Origin: Prevotella sp.
Lineage (GTDB): Bacteria; Bacteroidota; Bacteroidia; Bacteroidales; Bacteroidaceae
NCBI GenBank assembly: GCA_016285055.1
Contig: JAEEPZ010000010.1
Coordinates: forward strand, 909-64,908
Direction: 5' to 3'
Length of the DNA stretch: 64,000 nt
How positions within the stretch are numbered: the first letter of the stretch is position 1; each line of letters starts with the position of its first letter. The position numbers and the translations under genes were made by a program. A model generated the notes under the pieces. That model was given only the letters and a program-made list of their open reading frames with translations, did not search any database and had not been told where the DNA came from. Positions 16,466 to 26,500 of the stretch are shown piece after piece.

Positions 16466-19114
16466 ATGAGAAAAAAATTATCTCTTTTCCTTGGGCTGAT
16501 AGCAGCCTTGTTGCTGGGCAACGTTGACGCGAAAGCGCTCACATCGCCCTACACTGGCTCAAAGCTTGAAGCCGGCAATTTCTTCATCTACAATGTGGAG
16601 ACAGGCCTGTGGTTGCAGAACAATGAGAAGAACACCGGCGACTGGAACACCCGCGGAGCTACCGGCACCTACGGATTCGCCTTCGAGCTCTTCAACGAGG
16701 AAGGCGGATGGCGCCTCGACCCAAAGTTCGGCCACAACCACAGCATGAACATCGGCAACTTCTATCTTGACACCGGCGACCCACGCAGCTACTGGACCAT
16801 TGAGCCGACACAGGTAGACGGAGTCACCAATGCCTACACCATCAAGGGCGGCGACAACGGTTTCTTAGGACTTGACGCCAACGACAACCTGGCTTGGACT
16901 GAGGACAAGAGCGTGTGGCAGCTCGTCACTCGCGAGGAGCGCATCGCCTATCTGATGGAGAACGCCACCGAGGAGAATCCCATCGATGCCACTTTCCTGC
17001 TGGCAGACCCCAGCTTTGCCAACGAGAACGAGCGTGCTAACCAGTGGCAGTGGCAACGCAACGGCGGCAACCTCGACAACGTGCGCTGGTACTGGAACCG
17101 CCGCTCCTACGCCGTGTGGAACACCAGAGACTTCACCCTCAAGCAGACCGTCTATGAAGTGCCCAACGGCAAGTATGCACTGACTTTCAAGGGCTTCTAC
17201 CGCGACGGCAACAAAGACGATGTGGCACAGCGTCGCGCTGAAGGAACGGAGCGCATCCTGGCACATTACTTTATCAATGAGGACAAGGCCGACGTGATGT
17301 CCATCCTCGACGGAGCCAACCCAACACGCATCGACGGACTGTTCTACTATCCTAATGAGGGAGCAGATGCACCCTATGGATACTATCCTGACAATGCAGA
17401 CGCCTTCAACCGCATCTTCCAGGATTATCCCAATGCCTATCTGAACAAGCCCCTCATCTCAAAGGTTGCCACCGGCACCATCATTGTGGGCATTGAGAAG
17501 ATTGAGGCCAATCCAAACGACTGGTTTGCCTTCGACGACTTCCGCATCAGCTATCTGGGCAACGCCCTCACCTTAGAGGACTGCATCGAATCGCTCGAGA
17601 ACGCCATTGCCGAGGCCGACGCCTTCGACCTCTCCACCACTTCGGGCACACTGGCCACCAAGCTCAAGCTGGCTTTGTCGAAGGGTAGGAACATGCTTCA
17701 TTCTACCGACAAGGATGCTGTGCAGGAAGCCACATCAGCTATCTACAATGCACTCCTTCAGGCTAAGAGCGTCAACGTCACCGTGCTGCGCCAGACCGTG
17801 GAGTTGGCAAAAGAGGAGAATCTCGACGTGACCGAAGCCACTCAGGTTGTTAACAAAGCTAACGAGCCTGCCGAGGTGGAACAGGCACTCTTCGACCTGC
17901 GCGCTGCCCGCAAGATCAACGCACTGCGCATGAACGACATCTACACCGGCTCAGCTCCTGCAGAGGGCAAGGTCTATTTCTTCAACCTGGGCACCGGCCT
18001 CTTCCTCGGCACTGGTTCCGACTGGAACACCCACGCTGCTGTTGACCAGGTGGGCATCGAGATTGAGCTCTTGGCAGAAGGCGACAACTTCAAGATGAAG
18101 ACCGACCGTGGCGGCGGCTGGCTGAACTATGGCGGCTACGTCGACACCCCTGCTCAGGACGTGTGGCACTTCCTCCCCGTGGCTGGTAAGCAGAATGTTT
18201 ATAACATCAGCTCTACCGGACAAGACGGCTTCCTGCTGGGCTATGACCCCAACGGACGCACCGACGGCAAGAAATACTGGAGCACCATCGCCATCGACCG
18301 CACAGGTCTTGACAACCCCATGAACCAGTGGAAGATTATCACTCCTGCCGAGCGTGAGGAGCTCATCAAGAATGCAGCCAACGATGCACCTGTCGACGTG
18401 TCTTACCTCATCAAGAACGCCAGCTTGAACCGTCAGGACGGCTATGACATGTGGGCCAAGGAAAATGACGGCGGCAACAGCGCACGCGTATCAACCGTCA
18501 ACGACAACAACGGCGACCGTGCTGCCGACTATGCTTGGGAATTCTTCGAGCCTATGAGCTTCAGCTTCACACAGACCATCGAGGGCCTCGCACCCGGCAT
18601 CTACGAGGTGGGCGTGCAGGGATTCTTCCGCAACGGCAACGGCCCTGCCCAGGCTGAGAGTGTGAACAACGGCGAAGAGCTGGTGCAGCTGGCATATCTC
18701 GTGGCCAACGATGAGAAGGTGCTGCTGCCCAACATCACCGCCGTCACCAACTTGGTGCCTGGCATTGGCGACCTGCAGGCTTCGGCAGTCGGCGAATTCC
18801 CCAACATGCCACAGTCGGCCATCGAATACTTCGAGGTAGGTGCCTACAAGAATTCTCTCCGCGTCACAGTTGGTGAAGAGGGAACATTGACCATCGGCAT
18901 CAAGAAAGACGAGCGCCAGCAAGTAGGCGACTGGACAGTGTTCGACAACTTCCGTCTTACCTACTTCAATGTGGAGGGCGTGGTGACCGGCATTGCCGAC
19001 ATCAACACCAACGTGAACACCACTGCCAGCTACTACAATCTGCAGGGCCAGAAGGTGCAGCGTCCCGCTAAGGGTCTCTACATCGTCGATGGCAAAAAGC
19101 TGATGGTGAAGTAA
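16466..19114 (+). CDS. Secreted 882-aa protein of unknown function, paralog of 7961..10909, T9SS-like tail
   Basis: Shared VETG.WLQNN, PKFGHNHS, GFYRDG, LNYGGY.DTP, FDNFRLTY motifs; YYNLQGQKV...KGLYIVDGKKLMVK. Confidence 0.85.
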   Translation: MRKKLSLFLGLIAALLLGNVDAKALTSPYTGSKLEAGNFFIYNVETGLWLQNNEKNTGDWNTRGATGTYGFAFELFNEEGGWRLDPKFGHNHSMNIGNFYLDTGDPRSYWTIEPTQVDGVTNAYTIKGGDNGFLGLDANDNLAWTEDKSVWQLVTREERIAYLMENATEENPIDATFLLADPSFANENERANQWQWQRNGGNLDNVRWYWNRRSYAVWNTRDFTLKQTVYEVPNGKYALTFKGFYRDGNKDDVAQRRAEGTERILAHYFINEDKADVMSILDGANPTRIDGLFYYPNEGADAPYGYYPDNADAFNRIFQDYPNAYLNKPLISKVATGTIIVGIEKIEANPNDWFAFDDFRISYLGNALTLEDCIESLENAIAEADAFDLSTTSGTLATKLKLALSKGRNMLHSTDKDAVQEATSAIYNALLQAKSVNVTVLRQTVELAKEENLDVTEATQVVNKANEPAEVEQALFDLRAARKINALRMNDIYTGSAPAEGKVYFFNLGTGLFLGTGSDWNTHAAVDQVGIEIELLAEGDNFKMKTDRGGGWLNYGGYVDTPAQDVWHFLPVAGKQNVYNISSTGQDGFLLGYDPNGRTDGKKYWSTIAIDRTGLDNPMNQWKIITPAEREELIKNAANDAPVDVSYLIKNASLNRQDGYDMWAKENDGGNSARVSTVNDNNGDRAADYAWEFFEPMSFSFTQTIEGLAPGIYEVGVQGFFRNGNGPAQAESVNNGEELVQLAYLVANDEKVLLPNITAVTNLVPGIGDLQASAVGEFPNMPQSAIEYFEVGAYKNSLRVTVGEEGTLTIGIKKDERQQVGDWTVFDNFRLTYFNVEGVVTGIADINTNVNTTASYYNLQGQKVQRPAKGLYIVDGKKLMVK

Positions 19115-19122
19115 CTCGCCGA

Positions 19123-19222
19123 ATGGTCGGGTGCCCCGCATATTTGCGGGGAACGCCGCGGGCCATATTTAGAACAATTAACCACACAAACAGAACGGCA
19201 GACTTCCCCACAGTCTGCCGTT
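19123..19222 (+). terminator. Two stem-loops between 882-aa gene and anSME (terminator/processing candidates)
   Basis: ccccgca-tatt-tgcgggg at 19134-19151; aacggcagac...gtctgccgtt at 19194-19222. Confidence 0.5.
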
Positions 19223-19234
19223 TGTTCACAAGCC

Positions 19235-20404
19235 ATGTCCATCGTCGCTCCCTTTGCCCGTCCCCTCTACGTGATGGCCAAGCCCATTGGCAGCCTTTGC
19301 AATCAGCAGTGCACATACTGCTATTACCTTGAGAAGCAAAAGCTCTACGCCTCATCGTCTTTCCTGATGGACGACCTCACGCTGCAGACCTACATACGCC
19401 AGTACATAGAGGCACAGACGCAGCCGCAGGTGCTTTTCATCTGGCACGGTGGCGAGCCGTTGTTGCGACCGCTGAGCTTCTACAAGCGTGTGACAGAGCT
19501 ACAAAAGGCCTACACGGACCGCGGCTACATCATCGACAACAGCCTGCAGACCAATGGCACGCGGCTCAACGACGAGTGGTGTGAATTCTTCCGTGAGCAC
19601 AACTGGCTCATCGGCATCTCCATCGACGGGCCGCAGGAGCTGCACGACCATTATCGCCACATGCGCGACGGAGCCCCATCCTTCCCGCAGGTGATGCACG
19701 GCATACAGCTGCTAAAGAAGCACGGCGTGGAGTGGAACATCATGGGCGTGGTCAACGACAGCAATGCCGACCACCCGCTCGATGTCTATCACTTCTATAA
19801 GGAGACAGGCTGCAAGTACATACAGTTCACGCCCATCGTGGAGCAGGACAGGCAGACGGGCGAGCTGCAGCCCTTCTCAGTCAGGCCTGGTCAGTATGCC
19901 CACTTCTGCTGCACCATCTTTGACGAGTGGGTGCGTCACGATGTGGGGCAGGTCTTCGTCCAGCTGTTCGACTCCACCTTGGCCTGCTGGGTGGGCGAGG
20001 CGCCCAGCCTCTGCGCCATGTGGCCCACCTGCGGACATGCCGCAGTGATAGAGCACAATGGCGACGTCTACTCATGCGACCATTTCGTTGACGCTGACCA
20101 CCTGCTCGGCAACATCCGTCACGACACTATTACGTCAATGATGTACAGCCGGCGACAGGTGCAGTTCGGACGCGATAAGCACGACCTTCTGCCCCGTCAG
20201 TGCAAGGAGTGCCAGTGGCGCTTCGCCTGCAACGGCGGCTGCCCCAAGGACTGCATCTGTCACACTGAACAGGGTGAGCCGGGTCTCAACTACCTCTGTC
20301 AGGACTACCGACAGTTCTTCGCCCACGTCGCACCCTATATGGATTTCATGAAGAATGAGCTGCTGAACCAAAGGGCACCAGCCAACGTCATGCAATACGT
20401 TTAA
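19235..20404 (+). CDS. Anaerobic sulfatase-maturating enzyme (radical SAM/SPASM)
   Basis: CNQQCTYC radical SAM motif, WHGGEP, SPASM cysteines (YSCDH, CKEC...CNGGCPK). Confidence 0.92.
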   Translation: MSIVAPFARPLYVMAKPIGSLCNQQCTYCYYLEKQKLYASSSFLMDDLTLQTYIRQYIEAQTQPQVLFIWHGGEPLLRPLSFYKRVTELQKAYTDRGYIIDNSLQTNGTRLNDEWCEFFREHNWLIGISIDGPQELHDHYRHMRDGAPSFPQVMHGIQLLKKHGVEWNIMGVVNDSNADHPLDVYHFYKETGCKYIQFTPIVEQDRQTGELQPFSVRPGQYAHFCCTIFDEWVRHDVGQVFVQLFDSTLACWVGEAPSLCAMWPTCGHAAVIEHNGDVYSCDHFVDADHLLGNIRHDTITSMMYSRRQVQFGRDKHDLLPRQCKECQWRFACNGGCPKDCICHTEQGEPGLNYLCQDYRQFFAHVAPYMDFMKNELLNQRAPANVMQYV

Positions 20405-20424
20405 TATTAACTTTCGCAAGTATT

Positions 20425-20460
20425 GGAGTTAAAGGAGTTAAGGGAGTTAAAGGAGTTAAA
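20425..20460. repeat. 9-bp tandem repeat ggagttaaa x4
   Basis: Direct reading. Confidence 0.85.
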
Positions 20461-20567
20461 GACAATAGTACACAATTCGCCATTGTTCCGCGTAAACGAT
20501 GCAATGATGCCGTAAATACAGGTACTTAAAATTAAACCAAGCAAAACCAAGCAAAAAAAGACCGACA

Positions 20568-23500
20568 ATGAAGATAAACTCAGAAAAGCAATGCGCAGCC
20601 ACTCCCCTCCCCCAGGGGAGGGGTCGGGGGTGGGGCCGGTGGGGCCGGTGGGGCCAGTGGGGCCAGTGGGGCCGGTGGAGCCGTCTCCTCTTCCTTCTCT
20701 CCCTGCTCCTGGTAAACCTGACAAATGTCATGGCACAAGAAAAGAGCATCGTAACACTGGCCGACCCATATATCCTGCTCGACGGCGACATCTACTATGC
20801 CTACGGCACAGGCGAGGCCGACGGCATTGCCGTATGGACCAGCGACGACCTGCAGCATTGGACGCGCCACGACCAATTGGCACTGCACAAGCAGAACACC
20901 ACAGAGACGCAGTGGTTTTGGGCACCTGAAGTGTACAGGAAGAACGGACAGTATTACATGTACTATTCGGCCAACGAGCATCTCTATGTCGCCACAGCCA
21001 CCCAGCCAGCGGGCCCATTCCGTCAGGTGGGGCAGTGCATGACCAAGGCAATGCTGGGCGACGAGAAGTGCATCGACAGCAGCGTCTATTTCGACGACGA
21101 CGGGCAGGCATGGCTTTTCTTTGTGCGCTTCACCGACGGCAACTGCATCTGGATGTGCCAGTTGGACGACGACCTCATGACGCCGCGACCTGCCACGCTC
21201 AGCCGGTGCATCAGCGTCAGCCAGCCTTGGGAGGACAAGCTGGGGCGCGTCAACGAAGGGCCTTTCGTCCTAAAGAACAACGGCATCTATTACCTCACCT
21301 ATTCGGGCAATGACTTCCGCAGCCACGACTATGCCGTGGGCTATGCCATGTCGCGCACCCTCGCACCCGCTAACGGCGCTGCGCCCACATGGTCGAAATA
21401 TGGCGGCAACCCCATCGTGCATCGCGCTGAAGGACTCTACGGCACAGGCCATCACTCGTTCTTCACCGACAAGGAGGGACGACTGCGCATCGTCTTCCAT
21501 GCCCACGACTCAGAGACTGAGGTCTACCCACGACGCATGTACATCGGAACTGTGGAGTTCGCGGGCAACAAGCTGCAACTCACTTCCGACCCCCTCATCC
21601 GTCCCACCGCCCCCCCATCAGATCCATCTGACCCATCTGACCCATCTTGGCTCCTTGAGCCCATGCCCGGCAGCACCGACAAGCCTGGCGTCGCCGCCTA
21701 CCGCGACCTGAAATACAACCGTCTGTTCACCCGCACCCTCGGATGGAACGGCGGTGACGGAGTGCTCACCGTGGGCCTGCCCAACGGCGATGTGCTTTGG
21801 ACGTTCAACGACAGCTTCTACGGCGTGGTCAATGCCGAAGACCGCTCACGCGGAGACTGCAACTTCCCACGCAACAGCATCATGGTGCAGCGGGCACACG
21901 ACGGTGTCCTGGGGGAGACCGACAACGACCTGGTGTGGCTGGCCGACTATGTAAACTGTCGCAGACCCACCGCTGGCAAGTACTTCCATGCTCGTACCCA
22001 TCTGCGACATCCTCAGGGCAACAAGACACAAGCGCAGATCAATGCAGGAGAGATAGACGAGGACAAGGTCTACTGGTCGGGCGACGGCACTGTTGTCGAC
22101 GGCAAGCTGCAGATGGTGTGGATTGCAGTGGAGTCGAAAGAACTGCGCAATCTGGGCACGGCGCTCGCCACCTACTCATTGGACGGCATCGTCCCCATGG
22201 GACGTTTCGTAGATACCATCCCAGACTATCTGCCCAAGCAGAGCGACTACCTCTACCGCGAAAGCGTCACCCATAATGTCAACCAGAACACAGTGTCCTA
22301 CGGTTCCACCATCTGCGATGAGGCCAACGACGGGCATCTTTATCTATATGGCGTCGACGGCTTCAACGTCCTCGTCGCCCGCACAGCCAGCAACAGTTTA
22401 TACAGTCCCTGGCAATATTATGTAAAGAAGGCTGACGGCCAGTGGGTGTGGCAAGACAACTATCCTGTCGAAGAGGACATGAAGCGCTCCAACATCATGG
22501 CCTCCGCAGATGATGCCTGTCATCTGCCTTGGGTATTCCGCGACGGCGACTGGTACTACCTCTCTTCGCAGGCACCCATCTTCTCTACCGAGGTCTATAT
22601 CTACCGCTCGCGTACGCCCTACGGACCTTTCACTGACAAGCAGCTGCTATTCCGCCTGCCAGACCACCTCGACAAGATAGGCAATCAGAAATACCACTGG
22701 CTCTATATGGTCAACCTCCACCCTGCCCTATCACGCTCCGGAGAACTCGTTTTCTCCACCAACAGCGACCCGGACGACTTCTGGTGGAACTTCAATGACC
22801 CCGGCAGTGCCGACTACTACCGCCCTTACTTCTACCGTGTCTTCAACTGGAAGAAGGTCTATGACGACGGACAGGGAGAAGAACCTACGGAGCCGCGCAC
22901 CATCAAGAGCTTCAGAGACTACCGTGCGAAAATCGGCACCACGCACACCGTGAACGGACTGACCATCAGCGACCCCGACATCTATTACACCGACAATGGC
23001 GACGGTACCTACAACGCTATACGCCTCACCGTGCAGCCCGACGAGACACCGGCCGAGATGACGCCTCCCTACCTGAACCAGGCTACGGCCAACAGCATAC
23101 AGGTTGGCTGGAAGACAAAGGCACCCGTCAACGGCGCTATAGTTCGCTATGGCCTATCGCCGGAAGCGCTCACCGCTCAGCACTCATCGCTTGTCACCAC
23201 GCAGGTGGCCGACAAATACTACTGGCACACAGCACAACTCACAGGCTTGCAGCCCAACACCGTCTATTACTACCAAGTGACCTCCGGTGACAAGGCCAGC
23301 GCGACAGAGCATTTCCGCACCTTGCCACAGGCTGACAGCCAGCAGCCCTTCCGCATCCTGATGATTGGCGACCACCAGCGCAACGAGCGGTCTGACTACG
23401 AATGGCTGCTGCGTATGGCCGAGCGCAAAGCACGACAGAAATGGGGCGGAGAAGCACTTGAAGACAATGTACGGCTGTTGATGAACGTGGGCGACCAAGT

Positions 23501-26500
23501 GGACTCCGGCTCGGTGCGACAGTATGAGCTGACACATCTATATAAGTCGCGCGAGGTAATGTCACGCCTGCCCATCATGACGGCCGTGGGCAACCATGAA
23601 CTGTTCAAGGACCCACAGCTCATCCTCTACAAAAGCCATTACGATTCTTACGGCAACATCGCGTATCAAGGCATCAAGAGCGGCACAGCCCTTTACTATG
23701 CCTACCAGGCCGGGCCTGTGCTCTTCGTGGTGATGAACACCGACGGCACGTCTGACACACAGAAACAATGGGTGAAAAGCGTGGTGCAGGCTGCCGACAA
23801 CGATGCAACGGTGAAGTTCATCGTCAGCGTGCAGCACCGACCGCTCTATGCCGAGCAGTGGGCCAGCGACACCAATGCCTGGATGACCGACGAGGTGATG
23901 CCCATCCTCTCAGCTTCGCGAAAGCATGTGCTCAACTGTGCCGGCCACCACCACCTCTATGCTCGCGGGCAGATGACGCAGTGGCCCGTCTACCATATCA
24001 TCAGCGGGGGAGGCGTGGGCACCTCAGCACAAGACTATGAGCAGCTGTGGGGCAACACACCCGACAACCGCAACCGCGACGAGGTGCAGAAGACCATCGA
24101 CCAATGGACCTACCAGCTCATGGAGTTCGACCCTGTCAGCGAGGAGATGACCGTCGAGACCTACTCCATCGGCAACTCACGCCTGGCTCTCGACAACGTC
24201 CTCATCGACCGCTTCACACGTCGCCTATCTATGACCGACAAGCCCGCCACGCCTTCGCTCTCAGGGGGCAACGACATTCTTCTCCCCGCCACCATCTCAC
24301 AAGCGACAGGGGAAGGGGAGCTGGCACTCCACAGCAGTGAATATCAGATAGCTCGCGATGCCCACTTCACCGACATCGTCTACCAGCGCATCCTGCTCTT
24401 CGAGGACTTCTACGATGTGGACGAAAACAAGCTGCCGAAGAACGTGCGCAACGGATTGCCCGTCACCACCCTCAACCTGACTGCCTCTGACCTACACTCC
24501 GGCAACTACTTCATACGCTGCCGCAACCGCTCGATGAACCTCGACTGGAGCGACTATTCCGAGGCCAAAGCCATCACAGTGAAGAACCCTGCCGAGCCAC
24601 AGCTCACGCTCAGCACCAACACCCTGAAGCCCGGCAACACCCTTGACATCAGTTATGAAAACGCTCCTGTGGGCACCAACGCCTGGATAGGCATCTATAC
24701 AGAAGGAACCCAGCCCGGCCCGCAACATCCGTCATACGCTTGGCAATACACGCAAGCAGCCAGTGGAACGATTCATTTCACCATCAACGACGCTGGCAAG
24801 TATTTTGCAGTGTTATTCGGTGACAACGGCTACAACGAAATCAGCATGCGTGTCCCGTTTACCGTCAGCAACGATGCAGTAGGAAGCTTGATGCTGCAAA
24901 AAGGCCATGTGACCATCGTCGTGCCCGATGCGGAATGTAGCCCGGTGAAGCTTGCCGTTGAGGCGCTGCAACGTGACTTCCAGAAAGTGCTCGGCTTTAC
25001 GCCACCCGTGGTAAGCACAGCAGGCACGACCGACGGCGTAGAGCTGGTGGTGGCCAACGGGGCTGTCGAAGGCTCACCTGTCAACAGTCCCGCTGCTTTG
25101 GACGGCTTCGAGTCCCACCGCGTCTATGCCGATGCACCCAACCACCGCATCGTGATGCAGGGCGCTGACATGCGAGGCACCATCTATGCCATCTACTCTT
25201 TCAGCGAACAGCTGCTCGGTGTGCCGCCACTGTGGTATTGGTGCGACTGGCAGCCGGAGCAAAAGGAACAGATAGAGGTGCCCCATGACTTCAGCTACTA
25301 TCAGCCATCGCCAGCAGTGCGCTACCGTGCCTGGTTTCCCAACGATGAGGATCTCTTCATCCCTTGGCGCCGACAGAGCACCGACAACAACGAGCTGTGG
25401 TTAGAGACCATGCTCCGGCTGAAGTTGAACACAGTGGAGCACACCGCCACCGTACAGTATGTTACGACGGAGCCACAACAAGGCGGCACGCTCAACAGCG
25501 AGGCCATGCTCTACAAGAAATACGGACTGGTGCTCACCTCTCACCACATGGTGGCACTGAACAACAGCTTTGCCAACTGGGACGCCTACTGGCAGCAGGT
25601 GCGCCACACCACCCCGCCTGCCCTCTCGGTCAACGACATGACATCGCTGCGCGAGTTCTGGCAATACAACATCAACTCAGTCATGAACAGCGGCGTGGAA
25701 AATCTGTGGCAGGTGGCCTTCCGAGGCAAGAACGACCAGCCGTTCTGGGCTGTCTTCAGCGATGCACCATCATCAGATGAAGAGCGGGCAGCCGTCATCA
25801 ACCGCATGGTGAAAGAACAATACGACATGATCTGCCAGTCAACGGGCGAAGACAATCCCTTCGTGCGCATGACGTTCTATGACGAGATATCCTCGCTCCT
25901 CGCTGCCGGACACCTGCAGCCGCCCACGGCCACCAACATGCTCTGGACTTTCGTCGCAGCACGCCGTGACCACTATCCCTACGACGACCTGGTGAACTGG
26001 ACGAACACCGGCAACGTGAAGCTGGGCTACTATATGAACCTGCAGTTCTATTCCACAGGGGCACACCTCGCACCCGCCGAAGGCCCGTGGAAAATGGAGG
26101 ACAACTACCGCTACGTCATGAGCAAGGGGCCACTCACCTTCAGCGTGGTCAACGCCGGCAACCTGCGAGAGTTCCTCATGGAGATGAGCGCCAACGCCGC
26201 CATGATGTGGAATCCCGACAGCTACACCACCAACGACTTCCTGCGCCAATTCTGTGCCCAGTATTTCGGCGAGCAGCAGGCCGACGAGGTGGTGCAGCTC
26301 TACCGCGACTACTATCATGCCTACTGGAACCCGAAGAAGAGCGACTTCCCCGGCGGCTTCGACCGTCAATATGTGTTCCAGGACTTGCGCCACTCGCAGG
26401 TCATCAAGCAGGTCAACGCCACATGGGACACCTTCAAGAACAACCCCTTCACTGAGATAGGCTATGAGAGTGTGCCCGGCCGCACCTTCCGCATCGAGGG

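Noticed and set aside
20407-20724. Collagen-like GPT-repeat ORF on minus strand
   Set aside because: Reverse reading of the 9-bp ggggccggt repeat inside the large plus-strand gene
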